Made by a program: the position numbers and the translations under genes | Part shown: in pieces, positions 45,180 to 56,800 of the stretch | How positions within the stretch are numbered: the first letter of the stretch is position 1 | Layout: each line of letters opens with the position of its first letter | Notes under the pieces: generated by a model | The model's database searches: none | The model's input: the letters and a program-made list of their open reading frames with translations, nothing else | What the model was told of the DNA's origin: nothing | Source of the DNA: Pachysolen tannophilus NRRL Y-2460 | Taxonomy: Eukaryota | Reading direction: 5' to 3' | Assembly: GCA_001661245.1 (NCBI GenBank) | Contig: KV454014.1 | Location: 124,001-188,000 of the forward strand | DNA: 64,000 nucleotides

Positions 45180-46076
45180 ATCAACCCACTTTTATCTTTT
45201 AATTATTTTTATTTTTTTATTTTTTTTTTTTTTATTTCAACTATTTAAATCAGTTTTAGAGAAAGGTCTGATGAATTTTTTTAAAAAAAAAAAAAGCAAA
45301 AAGACAAACACGAGCAAAAGAACATTGGAACGTTACATGAAATTATGGGACTGAGGTCCAGAAAAGGATGAAGGAGAAGAAATGAAGGAAGTTATTAACG
45401 GGTTTTGTCTAATTTTTTTTTTTATATCAAAACAATTCAAGGGGTTTACTGATTTTTATTAGGAAAATAAAATAAAAAGGGGAAAGATGTGTTTTGTATA
45501 AAAGTTAATTTTTTCTTTTTTGATTTTGTTGTTTTCCAAGGGTTTGATTTTTTTATTATTTGACTATAAAGTTATTTTTTTTTTTCTTTCTTAAATGACT
45601 TGATGGCGTTCTCTTTATGAATGATATGGAATAAGAGTATATAGATTAAACTTTGGATTTGAAGAAGAAAAAGAGAAATAAAAAAAGAAAAAAAGTTTTA
45701 ACTTCTTGTTCTTTATTGATTAGTTTTCTTATTTTTTTTTTTTTTTTTTTTTGATTTTTGACTTTTAGCAAGACTTGATACTTTGTATTATAGAAGTCAA
45801 CAGACGATTTTTTGGTTGACTTCTTTTGATTACTATTCTTATTTACTGTTGTTGTTTTGTTTCTTTCTAATGAAAATACTTTTCTATGCTACTCTGACCT
45901 GTGTATAATATTAGTATGTTTTCTGATTCTATTATTAAAATGCGCTTAATACTTTTTGGAAAACTCTATAGACAAAAAAGATAAGAGAGTTTAGAGAGTT
46001 TAAAATAATAACAAAATGAGCTTTAAAAAATAAATAAATAATAATAATTAATATACTATGTGAAAAATAGAGTATT

Positions 46077-48077
46077 TCAAGTCATTTGGTACTTTGGACC
46101 ACCACCACCTTCTGGAACTTCCCAATCAATATCCTGTGTTGGGACTTTAATATCACAAGTTTTACAATGTATACAATTTTGAGAATTTATTTGGAATTTC
46201 ACACCTAATTCAGATTTTTCATCTTCAACATATTCATAAACACCAGCGGGACAGAACCTAGCCTCAACACCTTTATACTTTGGGAAACTAATCTTTGCAT
46301 GTTTTTCCAAATCTTGATTTGGGACTCTTAAATGACATTGTTCATCTTCCTGATGATATGTACCTGTTCTTGAAACTGAAGTCAAGATATCAAATGTAAT
46401 ATGTCCATCTGGTTTTGGATATTCAATTGGGGTATATTCACTTGCTAAATGAGTTTCAGAACTATCAGATTTATGATGTTTTAAAGTATAACTTTCAAAA
46501 CCTCTTGTAATCATTGTTATCAACCCTGATGCAACCATTCCTCCCCATACTCCAAATGGAGTTCCAAAAGATGGACGAACATTTCTTACTTCGTATAATT
46601 CATCATGAACCCATGAAAGCTTATAGTCTACTTCGTATGATTTTAATTCAATCGAATCCCACTCTTGATATTGTGGTAATATTTCTTCATCAGCTTCTTT
46701 TTCTTCAATTTCTTCATCTTCTTCAGGTTTTTGCAATGGGCCAACTTCTTGTAAAACTTCAAAAATGTTATCAGCTGCCATCATACCAGATTTCATTGCT
46801 GTGTGAGTACCTTTGATCTTTGGAACATTCATGAAACCAGCAGATTCTCCAACTAATACACCACCAGGGAAGTATAATTTAGGAACAGATTGGTATCCAC
46901 CTTCATTAAGTGCTCTTGCACCATAAGAAATACATTTACCATCTTCCAAGATATCTTTATAAAAAGGATGAAGTTTCATTTTTTGAAACTCTTGATAAGG
47001 TGAAATCCATGGATTTGCATAATCAAGACCCACAACTAATCCAACAGTAACTAATCCATCACCAAAATGATATTGGAATCCACCTCCATAAACATCTGAT
47101 GTCAATGGATAACCTAAAGTATGAGCAATATAACCTTTTTTAAAATTTTCTGGTTTAACTTCCCATACTTCTTTTAATCCAATTCCATAAGTTTGATTTT
47201 GTTTACCTTCTCTTAATTTAAATTTCTTGATCATTTTTTTACTTAAAGATCCATGACAACCTTCTGCTAATACTGTCATTCTTGCAAGAAATTCCATACC
47301 TTTTTCAAATTCAGGTTTTGGAACTCCTTTCTTGGAAATACCCATATCTTTAGTAACAACACCTTTAACACCACCTTTAGTATCATAAAGAACATCATCA
47401 ACAGAAATACCAGCATATATTTCAACCCCCAATTCCTCAGCTTTTTCAGCAAGATATTTTACAACTTCACTCAATGAAGCAATATAATTTTTCCCCTTAT
47501 TTATCATTTGAGGAGGCTCTGGAAGTGGAATAGCAGTTCCTCCTTCAAATAAAAATTTCATATGATCTTCTTCAACTAAAGTAACCAAATCTGGTGGAAG
47601 TGGTATTCCTCCCCCATTTTCATCATAAAATTCACTATCTGGAAATAATTCTCTTAATGCTCTTGGCTCCAATACTGCACCAGACAAGATATGTGAACCC
47701 ATCCCCGGGGCTTTTTCCAATATAACAACTCTTAAATCACCATTTCCCTTTTCATTATCCAATTGCTTCAATCTGATGGCAGTAGCTAATCCGGCAGGAC
47801 CTCCCCCAACAATACAAACATCTACAATATCACTTGCTCTTTCTTGTCGAAGCATCTCCTGTTCTTCCTCCGACATTTCATCAAAACTCACCTCCTCAGA
47901 TTTTTGGAAAGCTCTACTTGTTGAGAATGTCCGATAATTTCTAATTTTACTTTCATAATTCCAATTTTTCAACCTCAATTGTAATGGCATAGATGACGAA
48001 ATAGACCTAGAAACATTTTTCAAAAAAATACCTCTACGAAAAATTATTCTGGGTACTATCGATAACCCCAATCTCAT
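46077..48077 (-). CDS. CIR2: Mitochondrial ETF-ubiquinone oxidoreductase
   Basis: DVCIVGGGPAGL, GSHILSGAVLEP, YGARALNEGGYQSVPKL, NVPKIKGTHTAMKSG and the 4Fe-4S motif FCPAGVYE...NCIHCKTCDIK. Confidence 0.96.
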   Translation of the reverse strand: MRLGLSIVPRIIFRRGIFLKNVSRSISSSMPLQLRLKNWNYESKIRNYRTFSTSRAFQKSEEVSFDEMSEEEQEMLRQERASDIVDVCIVGGGPAGLATAIRLKQLDNEKGNGDLRVVILEKAPGMGSHILSGAVLEPRALRELFPDSEFYDENGGGIPLPPDLVTLVEEDHMKFLFEGGTAIPLPEPPQMINKGKNYIASLSEVVKYLAEKAEELGVEIYAGISVDDVLYDTKGGVKGVVTKDMGISKKGVPKPEFEKGMEFLARMTVLAEGCHGSLSKKMIKKFKLREGKQNQTYGIGLKEVWEVKPENFKKGYIAHTLGYPLTSDVYGGGFQYHFGDGLVTVGLVVGLDYANPWISPYQEFQKMKLHPFYKDILEDGKCISYGARALNEGGYQSVPKLYFPGGVLVGESAGFMNVPKIKGTHTAMKSGMMAADNIFEVLQEVGPLQKPEEDEEIEEKEADEEILPQYQEWDSIELKSYEVDYKLSWVHDELYEVRNVRPSFGTPFGVWGGMVASGLITMITRGFESYTLKHHKSDSSETHLASEYTPIEYPKPDGHITFDILTSVSRTGTYHQEDEQCHLRVPNQDLEKHAKISFPKYKGVEARFCPAGVYEYVEDEKSELGVKFQINSQNCIHCKTCDIKVPTQDIDWEVPEGGGGPKYQMT

Positions 48078-48244
48078 ATTGATATTTTCACCTCAAGATA
48101 AACTCTTCCAAAACTCTCTTCAAGATCAACAATTCTACCTTAAATTTGGTTTATACTCGGTTGTTGTCGATGCTGACTTAATGAGAATTTTTCACATGGT
48201 CCATTTACTGACCAAAAATTTTCTTTTTTCTTTTTTTGCTTTAT

Positions 48245-48294
48245 ATCACGTGAGGTCCACGCAACCATCACAAGAAAAGAGATCAACCAATTGG
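48245..48294. promoter_or_regulatory. Candidate Cbf1-type E-box (ATCACGTGA) and CCAAT box in the CIR2 promoter
   Basis: ATCACGTGA at 48245-48253 and CCAATTGG at 48287-48294, 170-220 bp upstream of the CIR2 ATG. Confidence 0.45.
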
Positions 48295-48672
48295 ATTTGC
48301 TGGTTTTCAAATCAACAGATGGAGGAAGAGATTATAATTATATTGATATATATATGATATTATATATTTATTTTGTGATAAGAAGTAAGCACAAGAGTAT
48401 AGATGAGATTTTCTACCAGAGAAACCAAAATTTATCACTCATAAAAATAAAAAAAAAAAAAAAAAAAAACTTTGCAAAAAAATTGAGCAAAATAGCCGTT
48501 AACCCATCATCATAGAATAGAAGAAAAAAAATTCTACAAACAGACACACATATATATATATATATATATATATGTAAGTGTTTGTGTGTTTGTATGTGTA
48601 TGTGTATGTGTGTGTAAGTGAGTTGTTTGTTTTTTTTTTTTTGTTTTGTTTTTTTTTCCTTTAAAACTACTT

Positions 48673-51354
48673 CTAATGAACTTCTTCTTTGACCAAAATA
48701 GTTAATAGCCTTTCTTCTTCATCCATATCTAGCCAGAAATCTTTAGCCATGGTCCAATCTTCGTCACCAGCTAAGTCTATGTAATCTCCATCATCATCTT
48801 TATATTTTAATTTTGTATTTACAGTGACAGCAAATTCGGGAATTGATCTTTCTAATTTTAAGAAAACTAAAGCTCTCATCATACTATAGCTTGAATTTTT
48901 AACAACTGAAATGTGGAAACTTTCATTACCGTACAAGATTCGAACTTTTACATCTTCATCTGAATTAGAAGATGCAGGTGATGAAGTCATGCTTAAACCA
49001 TTCATTGGTGTTATTATTGAATTTATGGAGCTTGATGTTCTATTATTATAAGCATTTGGAGTTGAAAAAGATCTAAATTTTTCTGGTGGACCTCCAGCAC
49101 CAGAAGATGAAGAATTACCACCTAATGATCCATAATTATGACCATTATTATATTCTGTTATATGATGATCTGACAGTCGACGGAATCCATTATTATTAGT
49201 TCCAACAGTATTAGTAGTATTACTTGGAAGTTTTGAAGCACTTCCAATAGAAGCTGTTCTAGGTGCTGCATTAATAAATTCTTCTTGATATGAATTAAAT
49301 GAAGTTCTAGCAGATGCATTATTACTTAAAGGTGAATAAGTATCAAATTCACTATTTCTTCTAGATAATGAAGAGTTTAACTCTTCAGTTAAATTTCTTA
49401 AACAATTTTCCCATTGTGATCTACTTTCTTCTGATTGAAATCTTAATATGAAAACACCTGTATCTTTACTACCTGTCCAACTTATAGTTAAATAATGCCC
49501 TGTTACTCCATCTTTCTTATTACTTGTTGTTAAATTATCTATATTTGCAATGAAAATCCTTCCTTTTAATTCCAATTGATATGGTTTAATATTATTATTA
49601 TTATTATTATTTCCAATTCCATTACCAATACCATTACTATTAATTGAATTATTATTATTATTTAAAGAAGCATTTGATGAACCACCATTATTATTATTAT
49701 TATTTAATGAACTTGTTGATTTTTTCCTAATATCCAAAATATTTTTCTTTGTTGGTGGAATAATTTCACTAAAGAAAAAAATTATTTTTTCAAAAAGATA
49801 AGCTTTAAATTCTCTTTCTGGTCTAGTATCTGTTACACCTAATGTACCATGAAATAATAAATCACCAAAATTTGAAGGAGAATAACCTCTCCAATCTCTT
49901 ACATTATCTAACAAATATTTAAAATGATTAACATTTTCAGCTCTTCTTTGAACTTCATTAATATTATTTGCAAAATTTTTAGCAGCTTTTAAAGCTTTAA
50001 TTAATTCATTATAATTTAAACATGTTGAATCTGAATATTTTACTAAATCTGATAATAATAAATGATATTTACAAACTCTTTGAATTGGTTTAATAAGAAA
50101 ATATTGTAATTCATCTGGAACACTTATTAATGTTGAACTTCTTCTTAAATTATTTACTTCTTGAACAATTAATTCATTTGCAGCATTTAAACCAACAGGC
50201 CATGCTTCATATGCTTTAAATGGGAAAGAAATTGCATGTAAAAAAACTGAACCTATTCTTTGATAAGATTCAGAAACTTTTGCATTTAATTCTAATCCAA
50301 CAAGAAATTTTCTTTGAAAATCAACAATTTCTGTTAAATTTGGAAATAAAATATGTATCAGTTCTGGAGAAACTAATTCTGCTTTTTCTAATTCATATTT
50401 AAATTGTAATAAAATTTCTAAATGTTGAACATAAGTTCTTTCACTTTCAACAATTTCTTTAATAACTTTTGATCTTGAATCTGGAGTTTCTAATTCATAA
50501 ATTTGTGAAATTTTTGGATATTTTAAATCTAAAACTAAATTAACAGCTTTAATAACTTTTAATAAATCATTTGTACTATCAGAATAAACATCTGAAATAG
50601 TAAATAATTTATCATCAACTGTTTTTAAATGTGTTTTACAATAATATAAAAAATCATAAACACTTTTTTTACAAATTCTTAAATCTGTTGATGTAAAAAT
50701 TTCAATTTTACCAGCATTATTTAAATTTAAAGAATTAAATATAACACAAAGTGGTGCTCCTTGTTGAAATAATTTCCAAACCACTGTAACAGGATCAAAA
50801 CTTACTTTTGTAGGTAACCTTCCAGCTGCAAAAGTATATAAATTTGTTGAAGTAGCTGCAAACAGATCTGATGAATTAGAATTAGAATTAGAATTAGAAC
50901 TCAATGGAGTCTGTGGAGACCATGTATTACTAGCCACAGTACTTGAACCCCCAAACGATAACGAATTATAAGATTTCCTCATACTACTTCTTGAACTATT
51001 CCCATTATCATTATTGACATTAACATTAACATTAGTATTAGTATTGACATTATTATTGACATTAGTATTATTCCCTTGAAAATGTCTAAAAGACTCTTCC
51101 AATTGATCTAATGCCAAAGATTGTTGTTCAACACTCAATTCAGCTGTAGACCTAGCAAAAACCATATAAGTATCCATTCCAGGAACTTTCTCTAACCTCT
51201 TTAACAAAGTAAGGCATATATAATATAACGATTCACTAGCATCTCCTTTAACATTCATAGCTAATGAAGCTGCAGGTAAAACCCCTTTCGAATTCGTCTT
51301 AATATTGATTGGTAAGCTCGAGCTAGAGCTCGAAACAGAACGTGATGCTGTCAT
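48673..51354 (-). CDS. CDC24: Cdc42 guanine-nucleotide exchange factor (CH, DH, PH, PB1)
   Basis: DPVTVVWKLFQQGAPLCVIFN, CKKSVYDF, EIVESERTYVQHLE, LIKPIQRVCKYHLLL, YLFEKII and PB1 KYKDDDGDYI. First ATG 51354. Confidence 0.95.
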   Translation of the reverse strand: MTASRSVSSSSSSLPINIKTNSKGVLPAASLAMNVKGDASESLYYICLTLLKRLEKVPGMDTYMVFARSTAELSVEQQSLALDQLEESFRHFQGNNTNVNNNVNTNTNVNVNVNNDNGNSSRSSMRKSYNSLSFGGSSTVASNTWSPQTPLSSNSNSNSNSSDLFAATSTNLYTFAAGRLPTKVSFDPVTVVWKLFQQGAPLCVIFNSLNLNNAGKIEIFTSTDLRICKKSVYDFLYYCKTHLKTVDDKLFTISDVYSDSTNDLLKVIKAVNLVLDLKYPKISQIYELETPDSRSKVIKEIVESERTYVQHLEILLQFKYELEKAELVSPELIHILFPNLTEIVDFQRKFLVGLELNAKVSESYQRIGSVFLHAISFPFKAYEAWPVGLNAANELIVQEVNNLRRSSTLISVPDELQYFLIKPIQRVCKYHLLLSDLVKYSDSTCLNYNELIKALKAAKNFANNINEVQRRAENVNHFKYLLDNVRDWRGYSPSNFGDLLFHGTLGVTDTRPEREFKAYLFEKIIFFFSEIIPPTKKNILDIRKKSTSSLNNNNNNGGSSNASLNNNNNSINSNGIGNGIGNNNNNNNIKPYQLELKGRIFIANIDNLTTSNKKDGVTGHYLTISWTGSKDTGVFILRFQSEESRSQWENCLRNLTEELNSSLSRRNSEFDTYSPLSNNASARTSFNSYQEEFINAAPRTASIGSASKLPSNTTNTVGTNNNGFRRLSDHHITEYNNGHNYGSLGGNSSSSGAGGPPEKFRSFSTPNAYNNRTSSSINSIITPMNGLSMTSSPASSNSDEDVKVRILYGNESFHISVVKNSSYSMMRALVFLKLERSIPEFAVTVNTKLKYKDDDGDYIDLAGDEDWTMAKDFWLDMDEEERLLTILVKEEVH

Positions 51355-51790
51355 TACCAAAAACACTCAACCTAAATATATATATATATATATATATATA
51401 TTTTACCTTTATGATTTATAAATTATTATAATTAATTCGTTGTTTTTTTTTTTCTACTGCGAAAAAAAATTTCTAAAACGGAAAGGGGAAAGAAAGGAAA
51501 ATCTCATACAACAACAAAAAAATACAAATACAAAGAAAGAAAAAAAAAATACAAACAAACAAACAAAGAAACAAACAAAACAAAACAAACTTTTTAATCA
51601 ATTAAAATTAATCAGCAACTTTTATTCTATCAATTCAATTGAAATATCTAATACTTTTAAATATAAATTATGATAAATCAATTTCTATCCGCCAATTAAA
51701 AATAAACTAATAATATATTTATATATATATTTATTTGTATAAAGAAATTCAAAAATTTTTTTTTTTTTTATTTAAAAAAAATGAAGTTTT

Positions 51791-51806
51791 TTTTAACGCG
51801 TTAAAA
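51791..51806. promoter_or_regulatory. MCB-like element (ACGCGT) within the perfect palindrome TTTTAACGCGTTAAAA upstream of CDC24
   Basis: Seen directly in the sequence; function inferred from the MBF consensus. Confidence 0.4.
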
Positions 51807-52032
51807 GGTAGTGTGGTTTTTGTACAAAAAAAGGTGAAAAAAAAGAAAATTTTTTTTTTTTGTTGTTATTAATTTAGGCGGCATCAGCGGTGTCAGTGGG
51901 CGGAAGAGAAAGAAAAAAGTGGTGGAAGTGTGGGCGGAGTGAGCGGCGTGAGCGGTATCAGTGGGCGGGCGGCCACTGACTGCTGGCTGAAGCCACTAGC
52001 CGCTAGAGGCTCAGTTGGTGCTGGGGCTCAGT

Positions 52033-52070
52033 AGCTTCAGTGGCTTCAGTGGCTTCAGTGGCTTCAGTGG
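52033..52070. repeat. Short tandem repeat (GCTTCAGTG)x4 in a GC-rich intergenic island
   Basis: gcttcagtg gcttcagtg gcttcagtg gcttcagtg. Confidence 0.85.
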
Positions 52071-52190
52071 TTCTGCGGCCCTGCGGCCCCGCCCTTTATT
52101 TCCGCCCTACACTCCCAACGAAAAGCTCCTGCTCTTGCTCCTGCTCTTGCTCCTGCTGTTGACCAGATAAAAGAAAAAAGTGAATTAACT

Positions 52191-53429
52191 CTAAGTGTCC
52201 TTTTTTTGTTTCAACATCTTATTTGCAGTCCAAACAGTTCTATCCAAGGCATAACCCATTGTAAGTACTCCTCCCACAGCGCTGCATGCTCCTAATAAGA
52301 ATGAAGAAAGACTTTTCAAATATTGTTCTCTATTTATAACTTTTAATGGAGAAATATCAAAATAAAAAAAAAGTGAAGGAATACCACCTCTTGCATGTAA
52401 AGTATGTGGATGATCTTCATCTTTACCACCTTGAAGTGGTCTATCATGATAAGTTGAAGAAAATTGGTTTGTTTCTAAAGTATTACCATTTAAAAATTCA
52501 TACCTTGTAGCAACAACTTTTAAATAATATGAAAATAAATGATTTTTTTCATTTTTAATAACTTTATGACCATCTAAAGGATGAGTAGAAGTAACAACAT
52601 CATTTTTAGTATTTTTAACCATTTCAATTTCTCTACCTTCATGTGGATCAGGTCCAAATGAAAAATGATTAATTTCATGATCAAAATTAAATCTATTTTC
52701 ATGCTTATAATAAAGTGACATATCATGAACATGTTTCCCAGGAATTGTAAGTGATGAACCTGGTGCAAAATGTAAATTACCTGCAAGTCTATTTATTTCA
52801 ACAGTACCTTTTATACGACAACCTTCATCTAATCTTTGATTGATCTGCTCAACATATCCTGATTTTTCACATTGCTCAATATCTTTACCATCATAAAAAG
52901 CCCATGCTACTTGAGCATAAGCAGCTTTAACAGATTCACATGTATTACAACAGACTTTATCTTCAAGTTTTTTTTGATCATTACCTTCTTGAGATATAGC
53001 TCCATAACAAGAACCACAATAATTTGGATCATTAGTTGTAATTAAATCTTTAATATCTTGATTTATAATAAATTCTCCACCATCTAATTGCTCTCCATCA
53101 GGGTTAAGCCTATATTTTTGAAATCCAGATTTTAATAAATCTGCTTGTAAATCTCCTGAAACATCCATTATATCTAACGTTAATAAATCACATGGCATAT
53201 TAGGAAAAGAAACATCAATATTTATATCCAATTTCTTACTCCGATCTCGATCAACAACTAACTCCGGTCTTATGGCTATCGTCCTATAATCAATCCATTC
53301 ATTCATAATTAACATTAAAACAACTAAAATACACCCTACTGTAATTAAACCTCCTGAAGCTGTTCTAACTTTTGCATCTTCAACCGTCTTGGCAAAAGCA
53401 TCAAGATTCAACAATCTCGGTTTGGCCAT
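52191..53429 (-). CDS. ERV46: ER-Golgi vesicle protein Erv46 (ERGIC3)
   Basis: LDAFAKTVEDAKVRTASGG, CGSCYGA, CCNTCESV, EGCRIKG, GNLHFAPG and a C-terminal KKxx signal (KKDT). ATG at 53429. Confidence 0.95.
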   Translation of the reverse strand: MAKPRLLNLDAFAKTVEDAKVRTASGGLITVGCILVVLMLIMNEWIDYRTIAIRPELVVDRDRSKKLDINIDVSFPNMPCDLLTLDIMDVSGDLQADLLKSGFQKYRLNPDGEQLDGGEFIINQDIKDLITTNDPNYCGSCYGAISQEGNDQKKLEDKVCCNTCESVKAAYAQVAWAFYDGKDIEQCEKSGYVEQINQRLDEGCRIKGTVEINRLAGNLHFAPGSSLTIPGKHVHDMSLYYKHENRFNFDHEINHFSFGPDPHEGREIEMVKNTKNDVVTSTHPLDGHKVIKNEKNHLFSYYLKVVATRYEFLNGNTLETNQFSSTYHDRPLQGGKDEDHPHTLHARGGIPSLFFYFDISPLKVINREQYLKSLSSFLLGACSAVGGVLTMGYALDRTVWTANKMLKQKKDT

Positions 53430-53834
53430 CTTCACAATTCAAAATAAAAAAAAGTAAAAAAAGTACCTAAATTCCAATATCTGAAATTGACCTCACTAAT
53501 GCTACACCTATACTTAATTAGATTTTAGATTGATTTTGAATTTTACTCAACTGAACTAACTGGTGGTACTTTTTATTATTGCATACGTATTCCCCGAGAA
53601 GGTGAAAATTTGGAAAAAAAAACTAAAAAAAAATAAAAATTAAAAAAAAAAAAAAAAAGCGGGAAAAAAAGCCCTAAAAAAAAATATTTAGGCGGCAAAA
53701 ACGGGCGGAACGAGGGCGGAACAAAGGCAAAACTGGCGGGAGAATTGGCGGGAACACTTGGGTAGGACTTGTGGAAATGGTTGAAAAGGTGGAACTGGTG
53801 GGAAAGGTTTTCCCCTACCACTTAGGTGTCCTGC

Positions 53835-56800
53835 TTAGACAGAAGCTGCCGGAGCTCTGCCTCCTGCAGTTCCTAACAAGTAACTATGTTGCAATTCCTG
53901 ATCACAACTATTACAATATTCTATTAAACTTTCTGTATTTGCTAGCATCTCCCTTACTGCATCGTCTTTTAAAGCTGCTGTATTTCCTAAAATTTCATCT
54001 TTAACAAAATGACATCTTTTAACTTCATTTAAAATCCAATTTTTCCATTCTCCATATGCTAATTCTTCTTCTGCCTTGTTGATGATTTTCAAATTAACCA
54101 AGAGCTCATTTCTTTTCAATCCTAATTCAATAAAAGTTTTCTTCAAATTTTCAATTGTTTTATATGAATTATCAGGCAGCAGCAGTTGCATCTGGTTGTG
54201 TTTTTGAGAATTTGTATTATCATCATTTACAAAATTTTCATTTAAATTTAAAATAAATGAATTATTTTTAAATTTATGGAAACATTGTGATTCAGAATTA
54301 TTGTAAGACATAGTTTCACCATTCGATATTAAATCTTCAATATCTTTTAAATATATGGCTCTTTGCATGATATTAGATGTACGTTGAAGAGTATACTGAT
54401 CCATCATCTTACCAACTTCTCTCACAGTCCAATAAGAAGTTGTAGTTCTAACACTTATATAGACATTATAAAAAGTTGATAATCCTAATAACATTACCAA
54501 GACCCAATGAAGTCTGATTCCTTTTAAAAAAGTGGTGAATAACGATAATAAAATTATGAATAAAGTCTTGACAATATAGAAAAAAGTACTTAAAGATTTT
54601 CTTAATGAAGCTCCGGCAACAACAGACCATCGAACATATATTAAATCTTGATTTTTTCTTTCTCTTTGTATCTTGTCAGCTAAACCAGGATTTGTTTCAT
54701 CATCCACTTGACTAATCTGTCCAAATAATCTAATCGCCTTCACTACTTTACCATGAGACCCAATTATTCTAATAGCTTCATTAATATCTTTATCCAATTT
54801 TTTCTCAGTTTTTATCCTAGAAGTGGCAATCATAATCTTGTTGTTTACAAAATTTATACATTTACAAATAAAATTAAAGTTCTTGTTATCACCGAGATAA
54901 TCAACTTTAGTATATATCAAAAGTTTACAATTTTTAACATTTAAAGAATATATTACAATTCTTGTCTGAACTTTAAATGCTGTAGAACATGGGAATTTGA
55001 AAAATTGAGTTTCTTGAATAATATTGTAATACTTGCTATTAATAACATCTTCAATTGTTTGATTTATAATTGTAGTTTGAAATTCATAATCATCTAATAT
55101 AGTATCAGTTTTAAAAGATCTAAGTAAATGATGAGTATTTTTATTTAATCTCCATAATGACATTGGAATATTTTCATTTCTCATATCAATAAAAGGTAAT
55201 ATTTTTTGCAATACAAAAGAATCATCACCTAAAAGAAAATGAAATAATGCTTTAGAAGGTATTTCATAAATTTTATCCCATATTAAAGTCATTTCATTTT
55301 TATAATTTGTCTTCATCTGTACTTGAGAATCATCATCAATAGATTTAACAAAAGATGGAATAATTTTTTTATGTCTTTCTTTAAATGAATTTTCATTTCT
55401 CTCCTTCTCTTGTAGCTCATGTGATATTCTAATATTTTCAAATTCCTCAATTAATTCTTTTAAATTTTTCTGTTTAGAAGGTTCTAATATCTTATTTTTA
55501 ATCAATGCTGAAAATTGATCTTTAATCAATTTCCCAGAATCTAAAAATAATTTTGCTCTAATTGTTAATCCACTAATTTCATAAACTTTTAAAACATCAC
55601 AAAATTCATCTTCATAACTCTCAAATGATACAATTTCACTTAAAGGTTTAAATAATAAGCTTATAAAATTCATGCTATTCATATAAAAATAAACATTTTT
55701 TTCTGTTACAAAACATCTACCGGATAATTCTTGTTTACTATTTGGTAACCAAATTGATCTAAACTCTAATAAAAGATGCTCATTTGGAACAACTACTGAT
55801 TCGAATAATGACTTTAATTGTACATCAAAAGGTTTTAAATAATTTGGATAATAACTAGGGTATCTTTCAGAAAAAGATTTCTTTGGTTCAATTAACCATT
55901 TTTGTTGCGTTTCCTTTGATGGTATCAGTTCTGGTTCATTCAACAAATAATACATTCCCCAATTAACAGACCCCCATATATTGGCAGTTATAGCACTGGG
56001 TATTGTTGTAGGAGATAAGAATGAATTCGATACTACTGCTTCTTTAGTCAATTGAGTTACTGTTGGAGTATTTAATAATATACGTGCAGTTAATCCATCA
56101 GTTAAAAATTCCGAATCTTTTGTCACATATTGTGATAAATGATTTTGTATTATTGAAGACATAGAATTTTCTTGATTTATAGTAGTCAATTCCATATCAA
56201 TAGAAGTATTAGCGGTAGAAGCAAATTCATTAAGTAAAGGTGGATACCTACCAAATGCAGAATCATCATTCCCATTCAGTTGAGTTTGTTCTGATAATAT
56301 TTTTTCTTTTACAACTTTGAAACATTTCAACCAACTTTTCAATTCATATAAAGTTTCCAGTTGAAATATAATTGAAGATTCTATTGTTTTCAATTCAAAA
56401 CAAAACCTTCTTTCTTCATCTGGACAATATCTAATATTACATAATAAAACTCCAATTTTATCTGTTTCCTGAACAAAAGTTTTTGAAGGACTTAAAACCA
56501 AGAGTCCAAATATTCCATCTTTAATAAAGACCCATCTTCTTACCCAAACTTGACGAACTGGTTTCCCTGTGCTAGTCTTCATAAAGAGCCATCCATGTTT
56601 TTCATAAGTAACTTCAGAAAAATTATCTAATAAAGTTGATGAATTAATTAATGTAGAATCATGATCACTTAATTGACGTGAAGGTTCAAATTGTTTTATT
56701 GTACTTTCTTCTGTTTGCTTTCTAGATGCATCCATATCTTTTGATAAAGTTTTCACAGAAAAATCAAATGATTTGTAAAACATTTTAATTCTTTTTGTTT

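Noticed and set aside
53430..53590. Possible 5'-UTR intron in ERV46 (GTATGC on the minus strand at ~53586)
   Set aside because: No clear branch point, and the CDS is complete without it.
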